A stretch of DNA of 64,000 nucleotides, from the NCBI GenBank assembly GCA_963662615.2, contig CAXXSR010000002.1, positions 192,001 through 256,000 of the forward strand. The letters run 5' to 3'. The notes under the pieces are model-generated. The model did no database searches, had not been told where the DNA came from, and worked only from the letters and a program-made list of their open reading frames with translations. Made by a program: the position numbers and the translations under genes. The stretch's first letter is position 1. Each line of letters opens with the position of its first letter. Below are positions 52,899 to 62,897 of the stretch, one piece after another. This DNA is from Dehalococcoidia bacterium (GTDB taxonomy: Bacteria > Chloroflexota > Dehalococcoidia > Bin125).

Positions 52899-54925
52899 TG
52901 GCACCGATTGCCTTTGGCGGGATCATTTCGGGCGTTGATACGACGTCGCTCGTGGACCAGATCATCGCGGCGCAGGCGCGGCCCATCCTGCGCCTGGAGA
53001 GTCGGATCGACGTTCAGGAGGATCGCAAGGAGGCGCTGGGCGACCTGCGCGGCCGGCTTGCGAATCTACTCACGCGGGCGCTGGCGTCGGTGAGCGGGCT
53101 GAGCGCGCGCACGGCGATCGCCGGCAAGACGGCGACGGGCGACAAGAGCGTGATCAGCGTGGCGGTGGACAGCACCACGGCGGTGGGATCGTTCCAAGTC
53201 TCTGTGGAGCAGCTGGCGACGACGACGCGCGTGGAGGCGGCGACGCCGATGGGCCAGGCCGTGACGCAGAACGTGGCGCTGGACAGCGCCGGCTTCAGCG
53301 CGACGATCACCACCGGCACGTTCACCATCAACGGGACGCAGATCAGCATTGACAGCAGCACGGTGCTTTCCGACGGCGTGGATGACGGGACGTCGAACTC
53401 GATCCTGGGCAAGATTAATAACGCCGGGATTAGCGTGACAGCCAGCGTCGTCAACGACCCCTTCAGCAACCCGAACCTTCTGCAACTGAGCTCCGCCAGC
53501 GCCATCACGCTGGGCGCGGGGGGCGACACGAGCAACTTCCTGGAGGCCGCGCACCTCCTGGCGTCGGTGGCGGGGAGCACCCGTACCAGCACGCAGGGTC
53601 TGGGGCAGACGCAGCCGTCGGTGAACCTGGACAGCGCGCGGCTGGTGACGGCGCTGGTCCCGACGACGGGCAGCTTCACGATCAACGGTTTGACCATTAC
53701 GTACGACGCCGCCAATGAGTCGCTCAACGACATCCTCAGCAAGATCAACACGGCGGGGGCGGGGGTCACGGCGAGCTACGACGCGAATGCCGACGCGGTG
53801 GTGCTGACGGCGGAGCAAACCGGGTCGATCACGATCGGCCTGCAGGACGTGAGCGGCAACTTCCTCCAGGCCACGGGCCTGCTGGGCGCAACCCAGACGT
53901 TGGGGCAGAACGCCGCTTACAAGATCGACAGCGGCCCGACCCAGTATTCCACCAGCAATACGATCGCGAACGCGGTGCCCGGAGCGACGGTGACGTTGCT
54001 GGCAGCGGCCCCCGGCGACAACGCGACGGTGACGGTGGAGGCGAACGATGAGGCGATCATCAACGCCGTGAAGGCGTTCGTGCAGCAATACAACTCCACC
54101 TTGACCTTGGTGACCGACCTGACGGCCGCGAATCCTGAGGGCGTCAGCGGCGATCTGGCCGGCGACAGTTCGATCCGGTTATTGGCGCAGACCTTGCGAT
54201 CGCTGGTGGTGGGCTTGGGGGACAACCTGACCACGCAGTACACGAGCCTGAGCGACTTGGGCGTGACCTTCGGCGCGGTGGGCGCCGAATTGGGGGCGAC
54301 CGACATCCTGCAGCTCGATGAGGCGCCCCTGCGCGACGCCATGAAGGAGGATCGCAACGCGGTCATCCAGCTCCTCGCCGCGCTGAGCGTCACCGCCACG
54401 TTCCAGAGCGGGACGGGCAGTCTTGCCAGTACCGCGGGGGTCCCCGACAAGACGCAAGCAGGAACGTACACGATTACGGACGACGGGTCGGGCAATCTGA
54501 CCGTCCAGTTCGACCCGACGGACGGCAGCACCAGCATTGTCAGTACGGGCACGATTATCGCGGGCGGCACCAACAAGACGATCATTCCCGGCATGACGCT
54601 CACGGCCAAAGGGACGCTGCAAGCGGGGGCCGACACGATCCTGGTGACGCGCGATAAGGCCGGCGTGGCCGTGAAACTGGAGAATGCGCTGGACGCGCAA
54701 TTGCGGACGGACGGCACGCTGGACACCAAAACCGAGGTGATCGACAAGCTGATTGCGGACATGAACGACCGCATTGCGCGGCTGGAACAGCGGCTGGTGT
54801 CGGAGCAGGTGCGTCTGGAGCGGCAGTTCGCCCGCATGGAGCAGGCGTTCGCACGCTTCGAAACGCAGCGCAACTTGCTGTCGGGCCTGACGAGCACACT
54901 GAATTCGATCAGCAGCGCACGGTAA
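52898..54925 (+). CDS. fliD: Flagellar filament cap FliD
   Basis: GIISGVDTTSLVDQI, VEQLA, VKAFVQQYN, LERQFARME. Confidence 0.95.
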   Translation: MAPIAFGGIISGVDTTSLVDQIIAAQARPILRLESRIDVQEDRKEALGDLRGRLANLLTRALASVSGLSARTAIAGKTATGDKSVISVAVDSTTAVGSFQVSVEQLATTTRVEAATPMGQAVTQNVALDSAGFSATITTGTFTINGTQISIDSSTVLSDGVDDGTSNSILGKINNAGISVTASVVNDPFSNPNLLQLSSASAITLGAGGDTSNFLEAAHLLASVAGSTRTSTQGLGQTQPSVNLDSARLVTALVPTTGSFTINGLTITYDAANESLNDILSKINTAGAGVTASYDANADAVVLTAEQTGSITIGLQDVSGNFLQATGLLGATQTLGQNAAYKIDSGPTQYSTSNTIANAVPGATVTLLAAAPGDNATVTVEANDEAIINAVKAFVQQYNSTLTLVTDLTAANPEGVSGDLAGDSSIRLLAQTLRSLVVGLGDNLTTQYTSLSDLGVTFGAVGAELGATDILQLDEAPLRDAMKEDRNAVIQLLAALSVTATFQSGTGSLASTAGVPDKTQAGTYTITDDGSGNLTVQFDPTDGSTSIVSTGTIIAGGTNKTIIPGMTLTAKGTLQAGADTILVTRDKAGVAVKLENALDAQLRTDGTLDTKTEVIDKLIADMNDRIARLEQRLVSEQVRLERQFARMEQAFARFETQRNLLSGLTSTLNSISSAR

Positions 54926-55002
54926 AGCGACGGCAGGCGGCACGGCAGTGCCGAGGCCACAGGGGTCACTACAGGGGCAGCCAGGGGGGCAGGGAAGACG
55001 CA

Positions 55003-55410
55003 ATGGAGAATGGCTATCAGACGTACCAGCGGGTGGGGATGGAGACCGCGTCGCCGTCGCAGCTGTTGCTTGCCCTCTATGACGGCGCCATTCGCTTTCT
55101 GGGGCTGGCGCGGACGGGGCTCGAAAGGCGCGACCTGGAGGCGGCCAATCGCAATCTGGGGCGGGTGCAAGACATCATCATGGAGCTGCTGGTCACGCTG
55201 GACATGGAGCAGGGCGAGATTCCGGAGCGGCTGCGGGACCTTTACATCTATCTCTACCGCGTGCTGCTTGAAGCAAATCTGGAGAAGAACGACGCCAAGA
55301 TGGTGGAGGTGGACGGCCATCTGCGCCGGTTGCGGGCGTCGTGGCGGGGCGCCGCGGAGCAGGTGGCGCGGCAGGCCGCCGGCGATGCGCCGGGGCGGAT
55401 GACGGCGTAG
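55003..55410 (+). CDS. fliS: Flagellin chaperone FliS
   Basis: TASPSQLLLALYDGAIRF, QDIIMEL, LRDLYIY. Confidence 0.95.
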   Translation: MENGYQTYQRVGMETASPSQLLLALYDGAIRFLGLARTGLERRDLEAANRNLGRVQDIIMELLVTLDMEQGEIPERLRDLYIYLYRVLLEANLEKNDAKMVEVDGHLRRLRASWRGAAEQVARQAAGDAPGRMTA

Positions 55411-55425
55411 GAAGGCGGGAACTGC

Positions 55426-55824
55426 ATGCAACGCCCAGCCGAGGAACGACTCAGCATCCTCAAACAGCTGCTGCGCCTGGCGCAGGAGCAGCGCGGAGCC
55501 CTGCGGGCGGACGACGTGGCGCAGTTCGAGGCGCTCCTGGGTCAGCGGCAGCGCCTGCTCTATGTGCTCGCGACGGAAGGGGACCAGTTGGTGCCGGCGA
55601 ACGTGATCCCGTTTCCCGGACGGGGCCGCTCCGGCGACGACCAGCTGGCGCTGGCGGCGCTGGTGCAGGGCATCCAGGAGATCGATCGGGAGAACGGGTC
55701 CCTGCTGCAGACGAAGCTGGCCGAGGTGGGCGCGAGCCTGCGCCGCCTGCACCAGGGCCGACAGGCCGCGCGCGGCTACGCGCCGCCGCCGCGGACGTCG
55801 GCAGGGCTCGAGAAGGCAGGATAA
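55426..55824 (+). CDS. FliT/FlgN-like flagellar chaperone
   Basis: Helical protein with LLGQRQRLL and ARGY; directly after fliS. Confidence 0.65.
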   Translation: MQRPAEERLSILKQLLRLAQEQRGALRADDVAQFEALLGQRQRLLYVLATEGDQLVPANVIPFPGRGRSGDDQLALAALVQGIQEIDRENGSLLQTKLAEVGASLRRLHQGRQAARGYAPPPRTSAGLEKAG

Positions 55825-55958
55825 GGCCGCACCCCCCCCAGCGCAGGCCGGCCCGTGCCGCATCATTGGGGATGCCGAGACTCCTGTGAGCCGCTATGCT
55901 GCTGGCACTTTGGCGCGGCCCTTGCCCAAGGGGCGAGGGAAAGTCCAGGGATGCCCCC

Positions 55959-56237
55959 GTGATGCTTGAGCCCAGTGGCCGCCCGCACCCGCACCCGGAC
56001 GCGTCAGCAGCGGCAGGCCCCGAACCGTCGGCGGCGTCGCCCCCGGAGGCCCCCGGGTCCGCCGCGGAGGCGAGCGGGAGCGCGGCAGCCGGAAGCGCGA
56101 AACGGGCAAGCGGCCGCCCCGTTGGTGGGGCGACGCTGCGCACGGAGAAAGTCTTCGCCCTGCGCACGGCGCTCGCCAACGGCACGTACAAGATCGATGC
56201 GAGGCGGATCGCGAAGCGGCTGCTCGGCCGCCCCTAA
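55959..56237 (+). CDS. flgM: Second FlgM-like anti-sigma28 factor
   Basis: RTEKVFALRTALANGTYKIDARRIAKRLL; start uncertain (55896, 55959 or 55962). Confidence 0.75.
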   Translation: MMLEPSGRPHPHPDASAAAGPEPSAASPPEAPGSAAEASGSAAAGSAKRASGRPVGGATLRTEKVFALRTALANGTYKIDARRIAKRLLGRP

Positions 56238-56323
56238 CCTCTCCGCCTGCCCCCGCCAGCGCCCGGAAAAGCGGCCGGCCCACTGTCAGGGCGGAAGCCC
56301 GGCCGTGCTTTCGCCTTCGGCTT

Positions 56324-56383
56324 TCAGGTCTTTCATTGGATCGCATCAGGAACCCCGGCCTGGGCCATCAGGGATCGTCCAAT
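56324..56383 (+). promoter_or_regulatory. 22-bp-phased half-sites upstream of fliF
   Basis: TCAGG at 56324, 56346, 56368; ATCAGG-GATCG-TCCAAT at 56367-56383. Confidence 0.5.
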
Positions 56384-56452
56384 GGGGGCGGAATCCCCAG
56401 CCCCATAGATTGAATGCACACCTGTCCGCAGCAGGGGAGAGGGCCGGCGCGC

Positions 56453-58028
56453 GTGGCTTCGTTCGCAACGCTTCCAAGCGATCTGGGCGGTGTCTGGAAC
56501 CGGCTCCCGCGCGGCCAGAAGGTGGTGCTGTTGCTAATGGGCGGCGGTGCGATCGTGCTGTTCATGCTGATGACCAGCTGGGCGCGGTCGCCGGACTTTG
56601 TGCCGCTGTATGGCGGGCTGGAGCCGGCGGACGCGGGCGCCGTGGTGGACCGCCTGCAAACGCAGGGGATTCCCTACCAGGTCTCGGATGGGGGGGACGA
56701 GCGTGCGTGTGCCGTCCTCGCGGGTGGCGGAGGCGCGGATCGACTTGGCATCGGTGGGGCTGCCCAGCGGTGGCGCGGTCGGCTTCGAAATCTTTGACAA
56801 TCAATCGTTTGGCGTCACGGATTTCGTGCAACGCATCAATCTCCGCCGCAGCCTGGAAGGGGAGCTGTCGCGCACGATCAATCAGCTGGACGGCGTGCGC
56901 GGCAGCCGGGTGCATATTGCGATTCCGGAGAACCAGCTCTTCACGGAGCTGGAGGCGAAGGCGGGGGCGTCCGTGGTGCTGGAGCTGCGGCCGGGGAGCG
57001 GCCTCTCGCAAGCGCAAGTCCGCGGGGTGGCGCATCTGGTGGCGCAGAGCGTCGACGGGCTGGACGCGGCGAACGTCACGATCCTGAATACGAAGGGCGA
57101 CATCCTCTACGACGGCAGCGATGATCTCGGGGTCGCCGGCAGCACTCAGCTGCAACTGGCCCAGGCGTACGAGGACCGGCTGGAACGAGATCTGCGCGGC
57201 TTTTTGCGCTCCGTCCTGGGTCCGCACCGTTCGGCGGTGGAGGTGAGCGCGGCGCTGGACTTCACGCACACGGACACGACGACGGAGACGTTCGTGCCGG
57301 TGGAGGCAGGCGAGCGATCCAGCCAGACGGTGGAGGAGACCTTCACCGGCACGGGCGGTGCGGAGCCGCTCAACGTGCCGGGGGCCGTGGCGAACGTGCC
57401 GGGTGCGAACGTCCCCGAGGTGGATGGCGAATCGGAGGGGGCATCTTCCAGCTATACGCGCACGGAGTCCACTGTCAACAATGAGCTGAACCGCATCCTG
57501 GCGGTGACGACGACGGCGCCGGGGCAGGTCCAGCAGCTCTCCATTTCCGTGATCTTGGACGAATCCGTTTCAGAAGAGCAAGCGAGCGAGTTGAAAGCGG
57601 CGCTGAGCACGGCTGCCGGCATCGATCCGTCGCGGGGCGATGCGCTGACGGTGAGCCGAGTGCCCTTCGATCTGACGGAGCTGGAAGAGGCCGAAGAGGC
57701 GTCCAACCAGACCACGAACATGATGCGGATGGCGCTCCCCGTGGTGGCCGTCCTGCTGGCGGGCGGATTCTTCTGGTTCTTCATCCGCAAGGTGGGGCAG
57801 GCCGGGCAGCGCTCACAGTCGGACCAGTTCACGCTGGCGGTGGGCGCGGGGGCCGCGACGCCGGCGCTGCCGCAGGGCGAAACGGTGGAGCACCTGCAGG
57901 AGCGGATGCGCCTTGAGGCGCAGCAGAAGCAACGGGAGACGACGACCCAGGAGATCACGCAGTTTGCGCGAGCGCAGCCGCAGGCGGTTGCGGAGGTGGT
58001 GCAGACCTGGGTCCGCGAGGACAAGTAA
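56453..58028 (+). pseudogene. fliF: MS-ring protein FliF, frameshifted in a G7 run (56690-56696)
   Basis: 5' frame has TM and PLYGGLEPADAGAVV; 3' frame has VGFEIFD, FGVTDF, LEGELSRTI; one fewer G restores DGGTSVRVP. Confidence 0.92.
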
Positions 58029-58046
58029 GAAGGACGCACAGACGCC

Positions 58047-59069
58047 GTGGTGCAAAAGTCAGCTGGGCGGATGCGCGGGCGCATGAAAGCCGCCGCGCTG
58101 CTGGTGGCCTTGGGCCCGGAGCTGTCGGCGGCGGTGCTGCGGAAGCTGCCGGAAGACGACATTGAACGGATCACGTTTGAGGTATCGGCCCTAGGGACGG
58201 TCGCGCCGCAGTCGCGCGAAGCGATCATGGAAGAGATGTTCTCCACGGCGAAGGCGCAGGAATACGTCAGCGTGGGGAGCGTGGACTACGCCAGGAAGAT
58301 GCTGGAGCAGGCGCTGAGGACGTCCAAGGCGGAGGAGATCGTCCGTCGCATTGCGGTTAGCAGCGACGCGATGCCGTTCGCGTTCCTGCGTGAGGTGGAC
58401 CCGGTGATTCTGGTCGGTTACCTGCAAAAGGAGCACCCGCAGACGGCGGCTTTGATCTTGGCGCACCTGCCGTCCGGGCGCGCCTCGGAGGTGCTGCGCG
58501 GGCTGCCGGCCGACATCCAAGGGGACGTCTCCGCGCGGGTTGCGTCCATGAGCCGGACGGCGCCGGAGGTGGTGCGCGACGTGGCGGGCGTGATGCGCAA
58601 GAAGCTGTCGTCCATGATCACCCCGCATCAGGAGTTCGCGGAGGCCGGCGGCCTGGATGCCCTGGTGCGGATCCTGAAGCAAGTAGACCGGGGGACAGAG
58701 AAGACGATTCTGGAGTCCATGGAGCGCGCCGACCCCAAGCTGGCCGACGAGATCAAGCAGCAGATGTTCGTCTTCGACAACATCACGCAGCTGGACGACC
58801 GGTCGATTCAGCGGGTGCTCCGCGAAGTGGACATGAAAGATTTGGGGCTGGCGCTGAAGGGGACGACGGAGGAAGTGCGCGAACGGATCTTGCGCAACAT
58901 GTCGGATCGCGCGTCGAAGATGCTGGAGGAGGACATGGTCGCCCACGGCCCGGTCCGTGTGCGGCACGTGGAGGAGGCGCAGGGTCGCATTGTTGGCGTG
59001 ATCCGGCGGTTGGACGAGGCCGAGGAGATCCTCATCTCTCGGGGCGGGGAGGACGACATCCTTGCCTAG
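58047..59069 (+). CDS. fliG: Flagellar motor switch FliG
   Basis: KAAALLVALG, EHPQTAALIL, MFVFD, NMSDRA. Confidence 0.96.
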   Translation: MVQKSAGRMRGRMKAAALLVALGPELSAAVLRKLPEDDIERITFEVSALGTVAPQSREAIMEEMFSTAKAQEYVSVGSVDYARKMLEQALRTSKAEEIVRRIAVSSDAMPFAFLREVDPVILVGYLQKEHPQTAALILAHLPSGRASEVLRGLPADIQGDVSARVASMSRTAPEVVRDVAGVMRKKLSSMITPHQEFAEAGGLDALVRILKQVDRGTEKTILESMERADPKLADEIKQQMFVFDNITQLDDRSIQRVLREVDMKDLGLALKGTTEEVRERILRNMSDRASKMLEEDMVAHGPVRVRHVEEAQGRIVGVIRRLDEAEEILISRGGEDDILA

Positions 59070-59784
59070 ACGCAACCCGATCCTCCCGAGCCGAGGGCGC
59101 GCGCTGCGCCCCCGCGATGCGGCGGAAGGCGAGCCCGTGCGGATTCGGCGCAGCCAGCTGCGCGGGCGCCCGCTGCTGAGCCGGGGCCGGGTCGCGCCGG
59201 AGGCGGAGATCCTCGACAACGCGCGCCGGCAAGCGGAGGCGCTGCGGACGGAAGCGGCGGCGGACGCGGCCGCGCTTCGCGAGGGCGCCGGCCACGAATG
59301 CGCGAACGTGCTGGCGGCCGCCCGCGAGCAGGGCCAGCAGGCGGGTTACCTGAGCGGCCAGGCGGCCGCCCAGGAGGAGATGGCGGAGGCGTTACAGCTG
59401 GTGCGGACCGTGGCCGCGGACACGAAGGCGCTACGCGACACGATTTTCCGCAGCTCCCAGGAGCAGCTGTTGCGATTGGTGGCGGCGGCGGCCGTGCGGG
59501 TGGTGGGCGACGTTGCCAAACAGCATCCGGATCTGGTGCTGCGGGCCGTGGAGGAGGCGCTCCAGCGCAGCGGCGATCAGCGCGTGCTGCGCGTGCCGGT
59601 GCATCCGGATTCGCAGCAGATCGTGGAGGCGAGCTACGGGCCGGAGGAGCGCGACTGGGCGCTGCGGAGCGACGGGGGGCTGGCGCTGGGCGGCTGCATT
59701 GTGGACACGGCGGCGGGCGTGATTGACGCCTCCGTGGAGGGCCAGGTGGGGGAGATCGAAGCGGCCTGGCGGGAGCTTTCGTGA
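59062..59784 (+). CDS. fliH: Flagellar assembly protein FliH
   Basis: GQQAGYLSG, VHPD, GGCIVDTAAGVIDAS. Confidence 0.88.
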   Translation: MPRRNPILPSRGRALRPRDAAEGEPVRIRRSQLRGRPLLSRGRVAPEAEILDNARRQAEALRTEAAADAAALREGAGHECANVLAAAREQGQQAGYLSGQAAAQEEMAEALQLVRTVAADTKALRDTIFRSSQEQLLRLVAAAAVRVVGDVAKQHPDLVLRAVEEALQRSGDQRVLRVPVHPDSQQIVEASYGPEERDWALRSDGGLALGGCIVDTAAGVIDASVEGQVGEIEAAWRELS

Positions 59785-61190
59785 TGGTGATGGCGGAGAC
59801 GCCAGCAACGCTGGACCTGGCGCGCTATGAGGCTGTGCTGCCGATGGTGCCGACCGTGCGCGCGCGGGGGCGGGTGGTGCAGATTGTGGGGATGACGCTG
59901 GAGGCGGAGGGGGTCGCCGCGCGGGTCGGTGAGATCTGCCACATCCGCGACGACGAGGCAGGCGAGCTGCGGGCGGCGGAGGTGGTGGGATTCCGCAACG
60001 GGCGGCTGCTGCTGGTTCCGTTGGAGCCGCTCAGCGGCGTTCTGCCCGGCAGTCAGGTGACGGCCAGCGGCAGCTCCTTCCGCGTGCCCGTGGGAGACGA
60101 GATGCTGGGCCGGGTGCTGGACGGTCTGGCGCGGCCCATTGACGGACGAGGGCCGATTCTGGCGACCGATCACACGCTGACACAGGCCTCCACACCGGCT
60201 CCCCTGAGCCGCCAGCTGATCCGGCAACCGTTCTCTACGGGCATCCGTTCCATTGATGCGCTGCTGACGTTGGGCGTGGGTCAGCGCATTGGCATCTTCG
60301 CCGGGTCCGGCGTGGGCAAGAGCACCGTGCTGGGGATGATTGCTCGGTACGCCACGGCCGACGTCAATGTGATTGCGCTCATTGGCGAACGCGGACGCGA
60401 GGTGCGGGAGTTTCTGGAGCACAGCTTGGGGCCGGCCGGCCTGGCGCGATCGGTGGTGGTGGTGGCGACGTCCGACCAGCCGGCGCTGCTGCGACTCAAG
60501 GCGGCCTGGGTGGCCACGGCGGTGGCGGAGTGGTTCCGCGAGCAGGGGCGCAGCGTCCTGCTGATGATGGATTCGCTGACCCGCTTCGCCATGGCGCAGC
60601 GGGAGATTGGCCTGACGGTGGGCGAGCCGCCGGCGGTGCGCGGCTACACGCCTTCCGTCTTCGCCATGCTGCCGGCGCTACTGGAACGAGCGGGCACGTC
60701 GGATGTGGGCGCGATCACGGGGCTTTACACGGTGCAGGTGGAAGGCGATGACCTGCGTGAGCCCGTCAGCGACACGGCGCGCGGCGCGCTGGACGGCCAC
60801 ATTGTGCTGTCGCGGGCGTTGGCGCAGCAGAGCCACTATCCCGCCGTGGACGTGCTGGCGAGCGTGTCGCGATTGGCGCCGGCGCTGCAGAGTCCGGAGC
60901 ATGCGCGCGCCGCGGGCCGGTTGCGGGAGCTGCTGGCGGCGTATGAGGAGACACGCGATCTGATCTCGATCGGCGCGTATCAGGCGGGGAGCAATGCAGA
61001 TGTGGATTACATGATCAAGGCGCGGACGGAGATCAACGCGTTCTTGCAGCAAAAGCCCGGCGAAGGCGCGGACTTCGCGCAGAGCCTCACGCGCTTGCTG
61101 ACGCTGGCGCCACCCGCCGGCATGCCGGTGACACCGTCCGACAACGCGATCATGGCAGCGACGCATAGCGAGGGGGGGCAGGATGTCTAA
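59781..61190 (+). CDS. fliI: Flagellar export ATPase FliI
   Basis: GIFAGSGVGKS, ALIGERGREV, MMDSLTRFA. Confidence 0.96.
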   Translation: MMVMAETPATLDLARYEAVLPMVPTVRARGRVVQIVGMTLEAEGVAARVGEICHIRDDEAGELRAAEVVGFRNGRLLLVPLEPLSGVLPGSQVTASGSSFRVPVGDEMLGRVLDGLARPIDGRGPILATDHTLTQASTPAPLSRQLIRQPFSTGIRSIDALLTLGVGQRIGIFAGSGVGKSTVLGMIARYATADVNVIALIGERGREVREFLEHSLGPAGLARSVVVVATSDQPALLRLKAAWVATAVAEWFREQGRSVLLMMDSLTRFAMAQREIGLTVGEPPAVRGYTPSVFAMLPALLERAGTSDVGAITGLYTVQVEGDDLREPVSDTARGALDGHIVLSRALAQQSHYPAVDVLASVSRLAPALQSPEHARAAGRLRELLAAYEETRDLISIGAYQAGSNADVDYMIKARTEINAFLQQKPGEGADFAQSLTRLLTLAPPAGMPVTPSDNAIMAATHSEGGQDV

Positions 61191-61629
61191 ACCGTTCCGT
61201 TTGCGCCGGGTTCTGGAGCATCGCCGGGGGCTGGAACGAGAACAGCAGGGCGTGATGGCGCTCGCGCGGCGGGCCGCCGCGGAGGGAGAGCAGACCCTGG
61301 GCGAGTTGCTGGAGCATGGTTGGGCCGAGCGTGTGCGCGCCCGCGCGAACAGCGAGGGCACCCTGGACGTTGGCGGCGCCGAGCGGTCACACCGCTACCG
61401 CGCGCAGTTGGGTGAGGCGATCTCGACCCAGGAGGAGCGGGTGGGCGAGTTGGGGAGCGCGTTGAGCGGTGCCGAAGAGACGCTGCTGGTACGACGGCGC
61501 GATCGTCGCGTGTTGGAGAAGTTGGAGGAGCGGCACCGCGATCGGATCGCGGAGGAAGAGGAGCGGCAGGACGCAGCGCTGACCGATGAGGTGGTGATGG
61601 GCCGCGAGGCGCGACGGTTGGCCGGATAG
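61183..61629 (+). CDS. fliJ: Flagellar export protein FliJ
   Basis: FRLRRVLEHR, LEKLEER, EQDxxxDE-like end; follows fliI. Confidence 0.88.
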   Translation: MSKPFRLRRVLEHRRGLEREQQGVMALARRAAAEGEQTLGELLEHGWAERVRARANSEGTLDVGGAERSHRYRAQLGEAISTQEERVGELGSALSGAEETLLVRRRDRRVLEKLEERHRDRIAEEEERQDAALTDEVVMGREARRLAG

Positions 61630-61638
61630 GACGGTTGC

Positions 61639-62091
61639 ATGGCAGGCGTAGATATTGGGTTCATTCGCCAGGCTCTGAACGGGCTGGCGCAGCGGCAAGA
61701 GGCGATTGCGAACAACATCGCCAATATGGAGACGCCGGGCTACAAACGAGCCACGGTGAGTTTCGAATCGGTGCTGCAACGCCAGCTCGCGGACCAGCAA
61801 GCGGTGGGGCGGCAGCTGCGGTTGACGCCCAGCCGCGGCGCCGACAGCGAGCGTCCAGGACAGATGTCGCTTCGGTGGCGGCCCGTTGGCGGAGGGGGGG
61901 CAGTGGTGGGCCGCAGCCTGGCGGGGCTGAGCCCGCAGCAGTTCACCGGGGCTCCCCGCAACGACGCCAACACCGTGGACCTGGACCAAGAGATGACGGA
62001 TCTGGCCACGACGCAGATTCAATTCGCGGGCTTGAGCGCCGCGCTGAACGCCCGCCTGCGGACTCTGCGGCAGGTGATCGAGAGCAGCTAG
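61639..62091 (+). CDS. flgB: Basal-body rod protein FlgB
   Basis: RQEAIANNIANMETPGYK, RNDANTVDLDQEM. Confidence 0.94.
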   Translation: MAGVDIGFIRQALNGLAQRQEAIANNIANMETPGYKRATVSFESVLQRQLADQQAVGRQLRLTPSRGADSERPGQMSLRWRPVGGGGAVVGRSLAGLSPQQFTGAPRNDANTVDLDQEMTDLATTQIQFAGLSAALNARLRTLRQVIESS

Positions 62092-62101
62092 GAGGGCACC
62101 C

Positions 62102-62551
62102 ATGGGACTGCTGAGTTCCATCCGCATCAGCGCGTCGGGTCTGACGGCTCAGCGGCTGCGCATGGACGTGATCGCCAACAATGTGGCGAATATGGACAGC
62201 ACGCGCGGGCTTGACGGAGGGCCGTTCCGCCGTCAGGTTGTCTCATTCCGCGCGCTCCCGAATCAGCGATCGCCCTTTACGGCGCCGTTGCGGCCAGGCA
62301 TTGGCGTGGAGCAGCCCGCGAAGGGTGTGGTGGTGAACCGTCTGGAGACGGACCGGTCGCCGGGCCGGCGGGTCTTGGACCCAACGCACCCCGACGCCGA
62401 CGAGGACGGCTTCGTGGAGATGCCGAACGTCAATCTTGTGGTGGAGATGACCGACATGGTCGCCGCGACGCGCGCCTATGAGGCGAGCGTGACAGTGCTC
62501 AACACCGCCAAAGCGATGGCGATGCGAGCGCTGGACATTGGGCGGCGCTAG
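62102..62551 (+). CDS. flgC: Basal-body rod protein FlgC
   Basis: ISASGLTAQRLRMDVIANNVAN, DPTHPDA, PNVNLVVEM. Confidence 0.96.
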   Translation: MGLLSSIRISASGLTAQRLRMDVIANNVANMDSTRGLDGGPFRRQVVSFRALPNQRSPFTAPLRPGIGVEQPAKGVVVNRLETDRSPGRRVLDPTHPDADEDGFVEMPNVNLVVEMTDMVAATRAYEASVTVLNTAKAMAMRALDIGRR

Positions 62552-62572
62552 AAGTCCAGCGAAGGGACTGTC

Positions 62573-62872
62573 ATGGACCTCAACGGGATCCAGGGGGCGA
62601 AAGGGCTGGGGACGGACGCCGTTGCCGGCCGCGCCAGCAAGGGCGCAACCGAGGGCGGCTTCGGTGATCTCCTTGAATCGCTCCTAAACGGGTTGGAAGG
62701 GTCGCAGGCGCAGGCCGACAGCGCCATTGAGCAGCTCGCGCTCGGAGGCGACGTCGACATCCATGACGTGGTCCTTGCCACGGAGATGGAAGCGATCGCG
62801 TTCCAGTTTGCGATCCAGGTGCGCAACCGGTTTGTCGAAGGGGTGCAGACGGTTTTGAACATGCAGGTGTAG
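62573..62872 (+). CDS. fliE: Hook-basal body protein FliE
   Basis: FGDLL, DIHDVVLA, QVRNRFVEGVQTVLNMQV. Confidence 0.94.
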   Translation: MDLNGIQGAKGLGTDAVAGRASKGATEGGFGDLLESLLNGLEGSQAQADSAIEQLALGGDVDIHDVVLATEMEAIAFQFAIQVRNRFVEGVQTVLNMQV

Positions 62873-62897
62873 CGCAAGAGCGCAGAAAGGAGGGGAG

